Origin: Dictyostelium discoideum
Lineage: Eukaryota
Reading direction: 5' to 3'
DNA length: 64,000 nt
Assembly (NCBI GenBank): GCA_000004695.1
Contig: CM000150.2
Span: forward strand, 1,792,001-1,856,000
The position numbers were made by a program, and so were the translations under genes. Under the pieces are notes generated by a model. It saw only the letters and a list, made by a program, of their open reading frames with translations, had not been told where the DNA came from and ran no database searches. Positions 24,266 through 39,687 of this stretch are shown here, piece after piece (position 1 is the first letter of the stretch; every line of letters starts with the position of its first letter).

Positions 24266-24778
24266 TTAAGCAGAAACACCACAAGCAAATGCCATTTGTT
24301 GATAAGTTTCCAAACCAATTAAAGCGACAGCTTTTGCATTTTCCTCTTGAGCATCATTGTAGAGTTGAGTGTAACGAGCTAAACCATTTTTAACTTCCTC
24401 TGCATCTAATTGGTCGATTGGGACGGCTTCGATGGTGTTGATGTAACATGATGCATCTGGATTGACAAAAGCGAATCCACCACTGATAAAGAATTTCTCC
24501 AAGTCACCGTTTTCGTGATTGATTTGAATAACGCCTGGTTTGAGTTCAGCAATTCTTGGAACGTGGTTTTTGGCAACACCAAAAATACCTTTAGCACCTG
24601 GAAGTGTAACTAATTGTGCTTTCTTATCTTTATAGATGGTTTGGTGTGGTGATAATAATGAAAAAGTTAATAAATCACTGGTGGCTGATGCTTCAGTGGC
24701 AAAAAATCTTTTATTACTATTGATAGCAACGTTTGATTTTAATAAATTGTTGCTTGATTTAATAATTGATCTGATCAT
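24266..24778 (-). CDS. atp5D: Mitochondrial F1-ATP synthase delta subunit (the bacterial epsilon homologue), 170 aa in a single exon with an N-terminal presequence.
   Basis: LVTLPGAKGIFGVAKNHVPRIAELKPGVIQINHENGDLEKFFISGGFAFVNPDASCYINTIEAVPIDQLD aligns with ATP5D/AtpC (QVDVPT.TGAFGILA.HVPTLQVLRPG). The presequence MIRSIIKSSNNLLKSN is basic and amphipathic. Confidence 0.85.
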   Translation of the reverse strand: MIRSIIKSSNNLLKSNVAINSNKRFFATEASATSDLLTFSLLSPHQTIYKDKKAQLVTLPGAKGIFGVAKNHVPRIAELKPGVIQINHENGDLEKFFISGGFAFVNPDASCYINTIEAVPIDQLDAEEVKNGLARYTQLYNDAQEENAKAVALIGLETYQQMAFACGVSA

Positions 24779-25169
24779 TCTTTGTTATTGACGTTTTTTT
24801 ATATGAGTTGAATAATGAACTCGAATTTTATGCTATGTTTCAAAAAAAAAAAAAAAAAAAAAAAATTAAAAAAAATTAAAAAAAAAAAAATAAAAAATAA
24901 AAAAAAAATGAAAAAATTAATAAAAAAAAAAAAAAATTCAAAAAAAAAAAAAATAAAAAAAAATTCAAAAAAAAAATTATTTCGCTCACATAAAAATTTT
25001 TGGCTATGGACTTCGTACTTTCATCAAAAAAAAAAATATATAAAAAAAAAAATAAAAATAAATAAAAAAATAAATATAACTATCTAAATAAATCAATTTT
25101 ATAATTATTTTACATTAAATTCTTTTTTTCTTTGTCTATTCTTTATTATTTTAAATTTTTTTCTTTTGT

Positions 25170-25202
<33 letters not shown>

Positions 25203-25392
25203 GTATAAAAAAAAAAAAGATAAAATTTTAAAAAGATATTACATGTTTTATTTTTATTTATTTTAACATATGTTTTTGTTTTTTTTTTGTATTTTTTTTT
25301 TTTTTTTTTAAAAAACAAAAAATATGCTTTGGAAGTTGCGTGGTGATCAGTTCAAAATATCGTTTTACAATTAAGTGTGGAAAATGTAAAAA

Positions 25393-25431
<39 letters not shown>

Positions 25432-26375
25432 GGTAATTTTATAAAAATAACAAATAACAATGGTGTTGTGCAAAATGTCTAATAAAATAAAAAAAAAATT
25501 AAAAAAAAAATCAAAAGTTTGGCGTTTTCCCAAGCGTTTTTAAATTTTGGTTTCGAAAATCATTTTGTTTTATATTTTTTTTTTTTGTTTTGGATTTTTT
25601 TTTTGCGTCTTTTAATCTGAGCTGATCGTAAAATGGAGAAAAAAACAGTGAATGAAAATAAAAAAAAAAAAAAAAAAAAAATGTAATTTTGGTTTTTTAA
25701 TAAAATTCATTGCAAAACAAATCCAAATAATTTGATAATCTAGATTAGCCAATTTTAAATTACAATTTTTGTCACTTTTTTTCATGGTTTTTAAAACCTA
25801 TCTAGATTTTTATTTGGATATTTTTTTCTACTTCTTTATTTATTTTTAATTATTTTTCATTTTTTTTAACAAAAAAAAAAAAAAAAAAAAAAAAAAAAGT
25901 GCAGTTAGAAAAAGTTATTTTTTTTTTTATTTTTTATTTTTTTCCTCCATTTCTAAACAAATTGTACCAACATTAAAAAAATATATAAATAATAAAAAAA
26001 AAAACAAACTTAAAAAAAAAAAAAAAAAAAAAATCGTTTTAATAAATTAAAAACGACACCAAACATTCAATCTTTTTTTTTTTTTTTTTTTTTTTTTTGA
26101 ATGGGAATAAATCAACATTCAATCAAAAAATATTTATTATTATTTTTTTTTTCCCATTTAACTTTTTTTTTTTTTAAATAAATAATAATTAAAATAATTA
26201 AATATGGGATTTTTTTTTTTTTTTTTCCAAAAAATTATTTAAAATTTATTTTGTATTAAATAAATAATAAATAAATAAATAAAATAAAATAAATAACTTA
26301 AATAAAAATAAAAAATAATTTAAAAATTAAAAATAAATAATTAAAAAAAAAAAAAAAAAAAAAAAATTGTTAGAT

Positions 26376-26983
26376 TTGTAATATTACTTTTTTTTATAAT
26401 ATTTTTTGGAAATGTATTTTCTCAAACTATATCAATTCAAAATCCACAAAATCTACATTGGTACCAAGTTTATAATGATCTACAAGATGGTATTAATGCA
26501 ACTTTAATATGTTCACAAAAAACATTTACAGATTCTACAACTGGTGAAGTTTTAAGAGGGTAATTTTATAATTATTAAATCTAAAATAAAAAATAAAAAA
26601 TTAAAATTAAAATTGAAAAATGATCTAATAAAAATAAAAAATTTAATAGATACTTAGCAACATTTACATCTGAGGAAGAATGGAATTGGGCAACTGCAAA
26701 TAATGTTGTTAAAGCTGCTGCATGGTTAAGTGGTAGTGATGGAATAAAAACAGGTGTTTGGGCATGGTCAAATGGATCACCAGAAGGTGGTCAACCAATG
26801 TATAATCTTTACTTTGATAAATGTTACACATTTTGTTTATTTGGTAATGTTGAACCAAATTTAATTCTTAATGAACATTGGGTTCATACTTCTGGTAGTA
26901 ATGGTGTTGCATATTGGTAAGAATTTTTTACTTTTATTAAATTTATTTATTTAAATTTTTTATTAATTTTTATTTTATAAAAA

Positions 26984-27038
<55 letters not shown>

Positions 27039-27721
27039 GGAATAATAATAATTATAAAGCATCAATTCCAAATTATATTTGTGAATTTGGTGGATTGGAA
27101 GAACCATTTATTCCAACTTCACCAACACAAGGTTCAAAAGTAATTGTATCAAATTTATCAGCATATAAGATTGCAAGTTTAAAAATCACTTTTACTAGTC
27201 GTGATACCAGTTCAACATTTTTATGTAGTGGTATCACACAAATTAATTCAACCCATGCTTATTGTAATATACCAGTTGGTCAAGGTAAATATAAATATGT
27301 AGTTACTGATGGAATTAAAACAAGTAAAGTTCAATATTGGCATTATGAACGTAAGTAAATTTAAATTATATTAAATAATAATAACAATAATAATAATAAT
27401 ATACTAATAATATATTTTATTAGTACCATATGTTGGTGGAGTTTTTACAGCATTTACAGCTGGTCAAACAGTTACAATTACAGGTGCAAATTTTGGTACT
27501 GATAATAGTAAAATTTCAATTGTTTTAGGTGGATCACCAAATGTAACTTGTAATTCAATTAAAATAACTCAAGCTCATGAAGCTTTAACATGTGTTTTAG
27601 GTGGAACAATTACTGAAAAGTTTTTACCAGTTACTATTGATGTATCTGGATCTAGATTTATATCTTATAAAGCAGCTGTTTGTAAGTTTTAATTTTTAAT
27701 TTTTTTTTTTTCTTTTAAGTT

Positions 27722-27757
<36 letters not shown>

Positions 27758-30700
27758 AAAAAAAAAGATTATCCAACAAATTTTAGATATTATTCAGGTT
27801 TTGTTAGTTCATCAACATTTGATCTTTCAATGAATAATTATAGTGCTCAATTAAGAGTTGATGGTCAAGTTGGTCATATTGGTGTATTTGATTCACAAGC
27901 TTTAGCAACATTTATTGCAGCATCTTTACCAATACCAGTTACTAAACTCGAATGGTTATTATGGCAAAATGTGTATTATGATCCAGCAGTAGCTTCATTT
28001 AAATATTTAACAGGCCCAAAAAAGAATACAAATTGTCCATTATATTATACAAATACAGCAATTGATAAATCATCATGGAGTACAGCAACAAGATTTATTA
28101 TTTTTGCAAATAATTTCACAATAATGGCTTATGGAGGTAGTGCAAGTACATTTACAGAATTTGGTGGTGAAGGTCCAACTTTTACATATCCAAATAAAGT
28201 TTATTATGTTAGTCCAGCCGGTGGAGTTGTAAATTTACAAATCGATAATTATGGTACAGTTTTCAGTCAGATTGTTGTAACTTTTAATCAAGTAACTCAA
28301 GTTCCATTTGTAAGAGATTTCATTGCTGGTGAATTAGACACTACTATTCCTGCAGGATTTGATGGTCCATATAGTATTAGTGTTAAAGTTGATGATTTAA
28401 CAACACCACCAAATACTCAAAGTATTCAATATTATGCACCAGTTATTAAATCAATCACTAGAATTCCAACTACTGGTGGCCTTGTAACTATTAGTGGTGA
28501 TTATTTTTCAAATGTTATAACAAATTCAATAATTACATTTGGTTCAATTCAATGTATTAATCCTGCAATGCTAACTGCTTATAGTGCAATGACATGTACA
28601 TTACCAGCTGGAACAGGACAACAATCTGTAACACTTCAAGTTAGTAAACAAATATCCCCAGCTTACCTTTATTCATACGCTTCACCAGTGATTACAAGTG
28701 CTAATAATGTTCCAAATATTGGTGGTTCTTTAACAATTGATGGTACAAATTTCGGTACTAATCCAGCTGTTATTAAAGTTACCGTTGGTTCTTATTCATG
28801 TGGTAATGTTGCAATGGTAACACCACAAACTAGAATCACTTGTGTTATGCCATTGGCAACTGCTACAAATTATAATTTGGTTGTTACAGTTTCAAATCTT
28901 GATTCAAATGCTTATCCAATGTATGTTTTCACATCTGCTCGTGGAATTACTCAAGTTGGCGCCGATATAACTATTGAAGGTACTGGTATGCCAAGTACAT
29001 CATTACTTAGCATTTTATTAGGTTCGGTTAATATTTCAACCTATTGTAACGGTGGTGGTAGTGAAATTAAATGTATAAATTTACCAACCTCTGTAGTTAG
29101 TGGTAATTTACAAATGAGTAAAGGTACTACCGATATTTATCCAGTGATTGCATTTACATTATCACCTTATATCTCTGCAATTTCAAATCAAATGTTAGAC
29201 ACAATATCAAGTACAACCATAACTTTAACAGGTCGTTATTTTGAATCTAAAACATTTGAAACTACAAATACAATTGTAGTAGCTCAAGATGGTGAAACAT
29301 TACCAAGTAGTTCATATAAATTAATTAATCCTCAAACAATGGAAGTTTATATTAATGGTGGTTTTGGTGCTAATCATATTTTATATATTTTGGTTGGTGC
29401 TAGATCATCGAATGGAGCAATTTACTCTTTCTTTGCACCAGAATTAATATCAATTTCACAAGTTGGAAGTAAAGTGACAGTATCTGGTAGAAACTTTAGT
29501 AGTGATCCTTCTTTTACAACTTTAACATTTGGTGCTTATAAACCAACTTTAACTTTAATCAATAGTAATACAATAACTTTTGATACAACATCAGTGTCTA
29601 GAAATGGTGATGTTTACGTTTCAGTATTAAATCAAAAATCAAATACACTTAATTTTAGATTAACTCCATCCTTAGATTCACAAATTTTACCAAAACCAAA
29701 TATAAATGGTCCAACTCCAATTACAATTACCGGTCAATATTTATATAAAGTAGATGCAACTGGTAAAGCAATTGCCTTGGATTTCTATTATCAATTTACA
29801 ACCGTTGAGAATACACCAGCAAAATTATTAGATTGTACTTCATCTGTTGAGAATAAATATGTTTGTAGTATGGTTTCAGGTTATGGTTATTTCAATATTT
29901 ATGCAATTAGTGATGGTACAATTAAAACTAATGTAATTAGTGGTTTACAATATGTTTCACCAATTGTTGGTAATGTTTCATCCATTTATTATCAAGAACC
30001 TGGTATTGTTAAAGTTAATGTTTCAAATATTGCAACTGGTCAAACTAAAATTAGTATTGGTGGTGATGATTGTTCAAGTGTTACAATTATCGATTCAAAT
30101 ACTGCTCAATGTTATTTCCAAGCAAATACTCTCTACCCAGAAGGAAAAAATTCATTAAATTTATCAGTTGTATCTGCTGGTTTAAGTGGTTATAATGATA
30201 ATGCTTTTGTTTATCTTCCATTATTTTCATGCCCAAATGATTGTTCTGGACATGGTACTTGTGATCCAAAAACTGGTTTATGTCATTGTGATACAAATTG
30301 GAATAAAACTGATTGTTCAAATGATATGACTTTAATTGATTGTCCAAATAATTGTTCTGGTAATGGTGAATGTAATAGAAAAACTGGTTTATGTTCATGT
30401 ACTCAAGAATGGGAAGGTATTGATTGTTCAAATAGAACTTGTCCAAATAATTGTAATGGTAATAATGGTGAATGTAATGTTTTAACTGGTTTATGTTTAT
30501 GTACTCCAGAATGGGAAGGCATTGATTGTTCAAATAGAACTTGTCCAAATAATTGTAATGGTGAAAATGGTGAATGTAATGTTCTAACTGGTTTATGTTT
30601 ATGTACTCCAGAGTGGGAAGGTACCGATTGTTCAAATAGAACTTGTCCAAATAATTGTAATGGTAATAATGGTGAATGTAATGTTTTAACTGGTTTATGT

Positions 30701-32212
30701 TCATGCACTCCAGAATGGGAAGGTATCGATTGTTCAAATAGAACTTGTCCAAATAATTGTAATGGTGAAAATGGTGAATGTGATGTTTTAACTGGTTTAT
30801 GTTCATGTACTTTAGCTTGGGAAGGTATTGATTGTTCAAATAGAACCTGTCCAAATAATTGTAATGGTAATAATGGTGAATGTAATGTTTTAACTGGTTT
30901 ATGTTCATGTACTCAAGAATGGGAAGGTATCGATTGCTCAAATAGAACTTGTCCAAATAATTGTAATGGCGAAAATGGTGAATGTGATGTTTTAACTGGC
31001 TTATGTTCATGTACTCCAGAATGGGAGGGTATTGATTGTTCAAATAAAACTTGTCCCAATAATTGTAATGGCGAAAATGGTGAATGCAATATTTTAACTG
31101 GTTTATGTTCATGCACTCCAGAATGGGAAGGTATTGATTGTTCAAATAGAACTTGCCCAAATAATTGTAGTGGTGAAAATGGTCAATGTGATGTTCTAAC
31201 TGGTTTATGTTCATGTTTAAATGGATTTGAAGGTATTGATTGTTCTAATAAAACATGTCCAAATAATTGTTCAAATAATGGTCAATGTGATAAATCAAAT
31301 GGTAAATGTTTCTGTTATTCGAATTGGGGAGGAAGTGATTGTAGTATTGTAACCACACGAAAACCAGATCTTCCACCACCAATTATCGATGAAAATGGTC
31401 AAACTATTTTCCCAGGTATTAATTTAAATATCAGTGTTTCAATTACTCATTTACGTGAAATTGATATTAATGATGAATCAGTTAAAGTTTTAAGATTAAG
31501 AGATATTGTTTGGGTTGAAAGATCAAATATTTCATCAAATTATTTCTATTATAAAGGTACATTCAAAAATGATTCAGCAATATTTGAATTGGTTATTAAA
31601 TATTTCCAAAATGCCGATACAATTACATTTGCAGGTGAACAATTAGATATGCCTGATAACTCTATCAAATATCAAGTTACCATTTCAAATTGGGATTTCG
31701 CAAGTGAAACTAATAATTTACAAGCAGTCTATTACTCTAAAACCGGTTTAGTAACAAAACATAAATGTGATGAAATAGTTTCATCATCAATAGTTGGTAC
31801 CAATGATTATCAAATTAATACTGGCGAAGCAGAGTTTAATGCTAAATTTGCAAGTAAAGTAATTGTAGATAAAAACCTTTATTCCTCAACATATATTACT
31901 GCACTTCAATCAGATGATCCACTTTATAATGATATTGGTTCAAATGTAGATTCCGACTATAGTTTATTAACTGCAATTATGACTCCATATTTCCGTAAAC
32001 AAGTTGAATTAGATCCACTCTTTTCAAGTTTAATTAAAACAAGTGAAAAAGTTTCAGAATGTGAAACAACTGAAAAATGGAAAATTCCTGTAATTGTAGT
32101 TCTTTCAGTTGTTGGTGGTGTTTCTGTTGCAACTGCTGGCTTTTTCGTTACAAAACATAAATTAGCTTCTAAAAAAGCTAAAGATTCAATCTCAATGTCA
32201 ACAAGAAGTTAA
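26376..32212 (+). CDS. Large type I membrane glycoprotein with an N-terminal C-type lectin-like domain, several IPT/TIG-like domains, about 11 tandem EGF-like repeats, a TM helix and a short cytoplasmic tail. The exons are ?..26559 (start codon unresolved), 26650..26916, 27040..27350, 27424..27681 and 27768..32212.
   Basis: The CTLD motifs read LATFTSEEEWNWA, WLSGSD…GVWAWSNGSP…EPN and YICE. TITGANFGTDNSKISIVLGG is an IPT motif and CPNNCNGNNGECNVLTGLCSCTPEWEGIDCS is repeated 11 times. The TM segment is IPVIVVLSVVGGVSVATAGFFV. The introns are GTAATT/GTAAGA/GTAAGT…TAG and all phases are consistent (2, 2, 1, 1). Confidence 0.75.
30230..31345 (+). repeat. A tandem array of about 96-bp coding repeats (EGF-like modules) with very high nucleotide identity between units.
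   Basis: The unit acttgtccaaataattgtaatggtgaaaatggtgaatgtaatgttttaactggtttatgttcatgtactccagaatgggaaggtattgattgttcaaataga recurs with only a few substitutions. Confidence 0.85.
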
Positions 32213-32332
32213 ATTTAAATAAATATAATAATTAAATAATTAAAAATAAAAAAATAAAAATAAAAATAAAAAATAAGAATTATGATTGTGTTTTTTTTTT
32301 TTTTATTTTTCTCTGAAGTTTAAAGTTTTTTT

Positions 32333-34366
32333 TTAATTATTTGTTTTAAATAATTTAACATATTTTGATGAAAATTTTGAATCAAATGACTGAAATAAAG
32401 AAAGATTATCAATTGAAATTGTTAAATTTTTAAATGATTGTGGTAATATACCATCAATTGATAAATCTTGTCTAAAAGATGAATTATAAATATCTAAATA
32501 TTTTAAATTTTTAGGAAGTATACCTGGTTTTATTATTTGATTAAAATTCCAACCCAGATTTAAAGATTCAATTGAAGAAGGGAAAACACCAATTTCAATG
32601 GGTTTATTAAACCAATGAAATGTTAAAGATATTAATGAAGTTGGAAACATACCGATATCTAATGGTATATTATAACCACCTAAATCTAATAAAGTTAAAG
32701 ATTCTGGTAATTCATTTTTTAAAATTCTTGAATTAAAATGATCACCAAATTTTAAAGTTTTCAAATGATTTAAATGATTGAAAACTCCAGGTGCAATTTG
32801 TTGAGTAAAACTTTTTCCAAATATAATTGTAGTGATTGATTTAGAAAATGAGAACATATTTGAAAATAAAGGTCTATTAAAGTATTCACCAAAATCTATT
32901 GAAATTAAATTCTCTTGTAATATATTATGATCAACTGAATCTTTAAATTTACCCAATGATAATATTCTTGTTGATTTTGGTAAAGAATTTGGACCAATAC
33001 TACTTGAAAATGATTTACCAAATGATAAATTTGTAATATTTTGAGGAATATCACCAACTCTAATTGGTTGATTAAAATCATCATCCAATACTAAAGTGGT
33101 TGTAGAAAATGGAATTTTCTTACAAGATAACGAATCTCTATTTGAATGTGAATTAAAATTATAAGCAAGTGTTGTTACACTTTCAGGTATAGAATCTAAC
33201 ATTATAACTCCTTTATAATCTGGATGAAGTAATAGTGAAACCAATGTATTGGGTAATTGACCTTTTTTAATATCCTTTTGAAATCCAATATCCAATTTCA
33301 ATAGTTTTAAATATTTTGGTATCCAAACACAACTTAACTCTTCATTAAAGAATGGACCACTAAATGAAAGAGATGTTATATTATCACCAAACATACCTTT
33401 ACTTATTCCACCTTCAAAATACCAAAATGAATACTTGTAACTGAAGGAGGTATCATTTTCTTATAGAATAAATCATATTCTTCATTAAGATATAATGATC
33501 TAATATTTGATTGTGGAAATTTTTCAAGTGGTTCATCATCTTCTTCATCATCATCATCATTATCTTTATTTGGTTCTTTTTGGTGATTTTTTTTCTTTTC
33601 AAATTTTCTCTCTTTTAATTGTAAATTATCTAAATAGTTTTTATATTTATATTGAAAAACCTCTTTCAATGATAAACAAATCTCTTTTCCCCAATGACTA
33701 TTATATAATCTAAGATGAAATAATATTTCATTTCTAATTACAATATTACCCCATACTTTTTGAAATAATGAATAATTATAATTTATTTCAATATTATTGG
33801 TATAATTATTATAATTTTTTTCTTCTTCTTCTTTTTCTTCTTCTTCAATTTCTTCTCTATTTTTTTTATTATTTTCAATTATTAAAGAAATTGATAAATT
33901 TAATTTATTTTCAATATTATTTTCATTATTAAAATTAATTTTATGATTATCTATTAATTTCAATTTATTGGTTTGATGATGTAATAATTTTTCATAATAA
34001 TCCTCTTTAATTGTTTCAATATAATTATTTAATTTTTGAAATAGTTTTTTATCTAATCCATATAAAACTTCTTTATTTCTATAATATGAATAAAAAAAAT
34101 AAAAAAAAAAATATGTAATGTTATTTTATTTTTTATTTTTTTAATATTAAAGGATTATTTAAAAATAAAAATAAAAATAAAAATAAAATAAATAAAAAAA
34201 CATACTCTTTTTCGTTTATATTATTGCAATAATTTATTAAACCATTTATTGAAATACATAATCCTCTGAGTGACAAAATTAAGATGCATTCTAATAATGA
34301 AGGTGTTATATCATTTTTTTTATTTGTTGGGATATTTATTAGATATTTATAAGTTATTTCATCCAT
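32333..34366 (-). CDS. FNIP-repeat family protein. Exon 1 is 34206..34366, the intron is 34079..34205, and exon 2 is 33403..34078 and ends at an in-frame TAA. The FNIP repeats then continue in the -1 frame from 33394 to 32333, which indicates a frameshifted gene, a pseudogene or a 1-bp assembly error.
   Basis: The FNIP repeats read LSFGKSFSSSIGPNSLP, IDFGEYFNRPL, IIFGKSFTQQI and LKFGDHFNSRI. Splicing at GTATGT…TATAG is phase-consistent. The frame is open across the stop in the adjacent frame (…FWYFEGGISKGMFGDNITSLSF), and no intron is long enough to repair the break. Confidence 0.6.
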
Positions 34367-34543
34367 GAGAGATTTTTAAAAAAAAAAAAATGATTTTGGG
34401 TTGGCTAGAATAAAAAAAATAAAAAAATAAAAAAAAAAATTAAAATAAAAAAACGATCAAAAAAAAAAAAAATTTGGGATTTCTTATGAAAATTGGAATA
34501 ATTTAAATAAATATAACTGAAATTTGATATATATATTATCTAA

Positions 34544-34612
34544 TTTTAAAACATTAAGATATATATTGTTGAGAAAAATTTATTCAACAATATATATCTT
34601 AATGTTTTAAAA
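34544..34612. repeat. Near-perfect inverted repeat (hairpin) with ~29-bp arms and a ~9-nt loop.
   Basis: ttttaaaacattaagatatatattgttgag-(aaaaatttat)-tcaacaatatatatcttaatgttttaaaa. Confidence 0.9.
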
Positions 34613-34959
34613 TAGATATTTTTGAAAATCCCATCATTCATTTAATTTTTTTTTTTTAAAGTGTCTAAAAAAATAAAAATATGATGTTAATTTAAAAAAA
34701 AAAAAGATTTAAGTGACTACCTCTATTTTATTTTAAAAAATTCCAGTAATCTTATTAAATGAATCAAAGTCAATTTTTTTTTTTTTTTTTTATATATTAA
34801 TTTTTTTTTTTTTTTGTTACTATTTTATTTTTTTTATTTTTTTTTTTATTATTATTATTATTTAAAATTCTCTCCAAACTTGTTTTATTGTTTATGATTT
34901 TACTAAATTTGGTTTGTAATATTTCATTTAAACTATTATTATTATCATCATTTATTTAT

Positions 34960-35377
34960 TTAAGCAGTGTATTCTGGAATGAAATCCTTGACGGTTTTAG
35001 TTTCAATTGGTTGAACATCCTGGGTAAAATTAAAAATTAAAAAAAAAAAAAAAAAGTTAGTTTATACCATTATAGTAGTCAATCAATAAATTATGTAATT
35101 AATTTACTTACTTTGTATGCTTTACCCATAGCTTCGAAAGCTTTTTCTCCTGCTTTTTTGAATGAGTTGGTGATTTCTACGATTTCATTTAATTGTTCTT
35201 GTTCAGCTAAATGAGATGAAATTATAATTATTAATATTAATAATTCTGAATCCATATTGAATTATTTATTATTATTATTATTGTTATTATTAACCTACTC
35301 TTTGGGGTGTATTTTAAGTTATATTTTTTGGCGATGTCAGCGTTTTTCTCGAGTAAATCTTTGATTTTTTGATCCAT
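34960..35377 (-). CDS. Small acidic/basic protein of 77 aa in 3 exons: 35299..35377, 35112..35206 and 34960..35019.
   Basis: MDQKIKDLLEKNADIAKKYNLKYTPK, then TEQEQLNEIVEITNSFKKAGEKAFEAMGKAYK, then DVQPIETKTVKDFIPEYTA. The donors are GTAGGT and GTAAGT and the acceptors TTTAG and CCCAG. The total of 234 nt is divisible by 3, and no start lies upstream because the frame is closed by a TAG. I recognise no family. Confidence 0.5.
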
Positions 35378-35641
35378 GTTGCTCTTTGGTAATGAGGAAA
35401 GAATCTTTTTGGCTGATTCGATTGATTGGGTGGTGAAGAGACGTTTCTATATATTTTATTGTTATTATTATTGTTATTGTTATTATTATTATTGATGGTG
35501 TTGTTAATATAAAAATTTGATATCCATAATAAAAAAATGAAAAAAAAAAAAAAAAGTGATAATTTTGGGATGTGCTATTTTATAACTATCATTATTTATT
35601 GTTATTTATCACTATTATTGTTATTTTATATTTATTTTCAT

Positions 35642-35683
<42 letters not shown>

Positions 35684-36124
35684 TCACACACAAAAATTCC
35701 TTCCAATTTGATCAAGTGAAAATGAAACTAAAAGTAAAAATAAAAATAAAAATAATAGCAATATAGCAATTCCTTCTATAAACCAATATACGTTCTAATC
35801 ACTACATGTCTTTTTTCTTGTCTCTTTTAAAAATACTTACGGCTACCATAGACATTGTGTGTAATATTATATTGAGTGAATTAAAATTGAAATGACAAAA
35901 ATTTGAAAAAAATTGAAAAAAAAAAAAAATAAAAAAAAAATAAAAAAAAAAAAAAAAAAATTAAAAAATAAAAAAAATAAAAAAAAATTAAAAAAAAAAA
36001 TTATGGAAAAAAAAAGTATTGTTGATAAAAAAAAACAGAATTTCCAAATAAATAAAAAACAAAACAATAATAAAACCAAATCAAATTATTGATTTATTTA
36101 AAATCAAATCAAATTCCAGAAATA

Positions 36125-36158
<34 letters not shown>

Positions 36159-36315
36159 AAAATATTTTTATTTTATTATTTTTTTTTTTGTGTAAAGTTT
36201 TTTTTTTTTTTTTATTTTGTTGTTGGACTAAAAATCCAACAAATAAATAAAATAAAAATAATAATAAAAAAAAAAGAAAAAAGGAAAAATAAAAAAAAAA
36301 AAAAAAAAGATCAAT

Positions 36316-39687
<3,372 letters not shown>

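Noticed and set aside
24815-25087. A K-rich ORF (and similar ones at 25258-25533, 36228-36524, 35537-35766, 40638-40857, 46764-47078, 49223-49498 and 54449-54754 in part).
   Set aside because: These are translations of intergenic or intronic poly(A)/poly(T) tracts. Several start at non-ATG alternative start codons, which are not used in this eukaryote.
30087-31214. A 375-aa minus-strand ORF, plus 30403-30708 and 30913-31116, inside the EGF array.
   Set aside because: These are antisense readings of the tandem EGF repeats (HYNYLDKFYLNNQYLP…), with no start context and low complexity.
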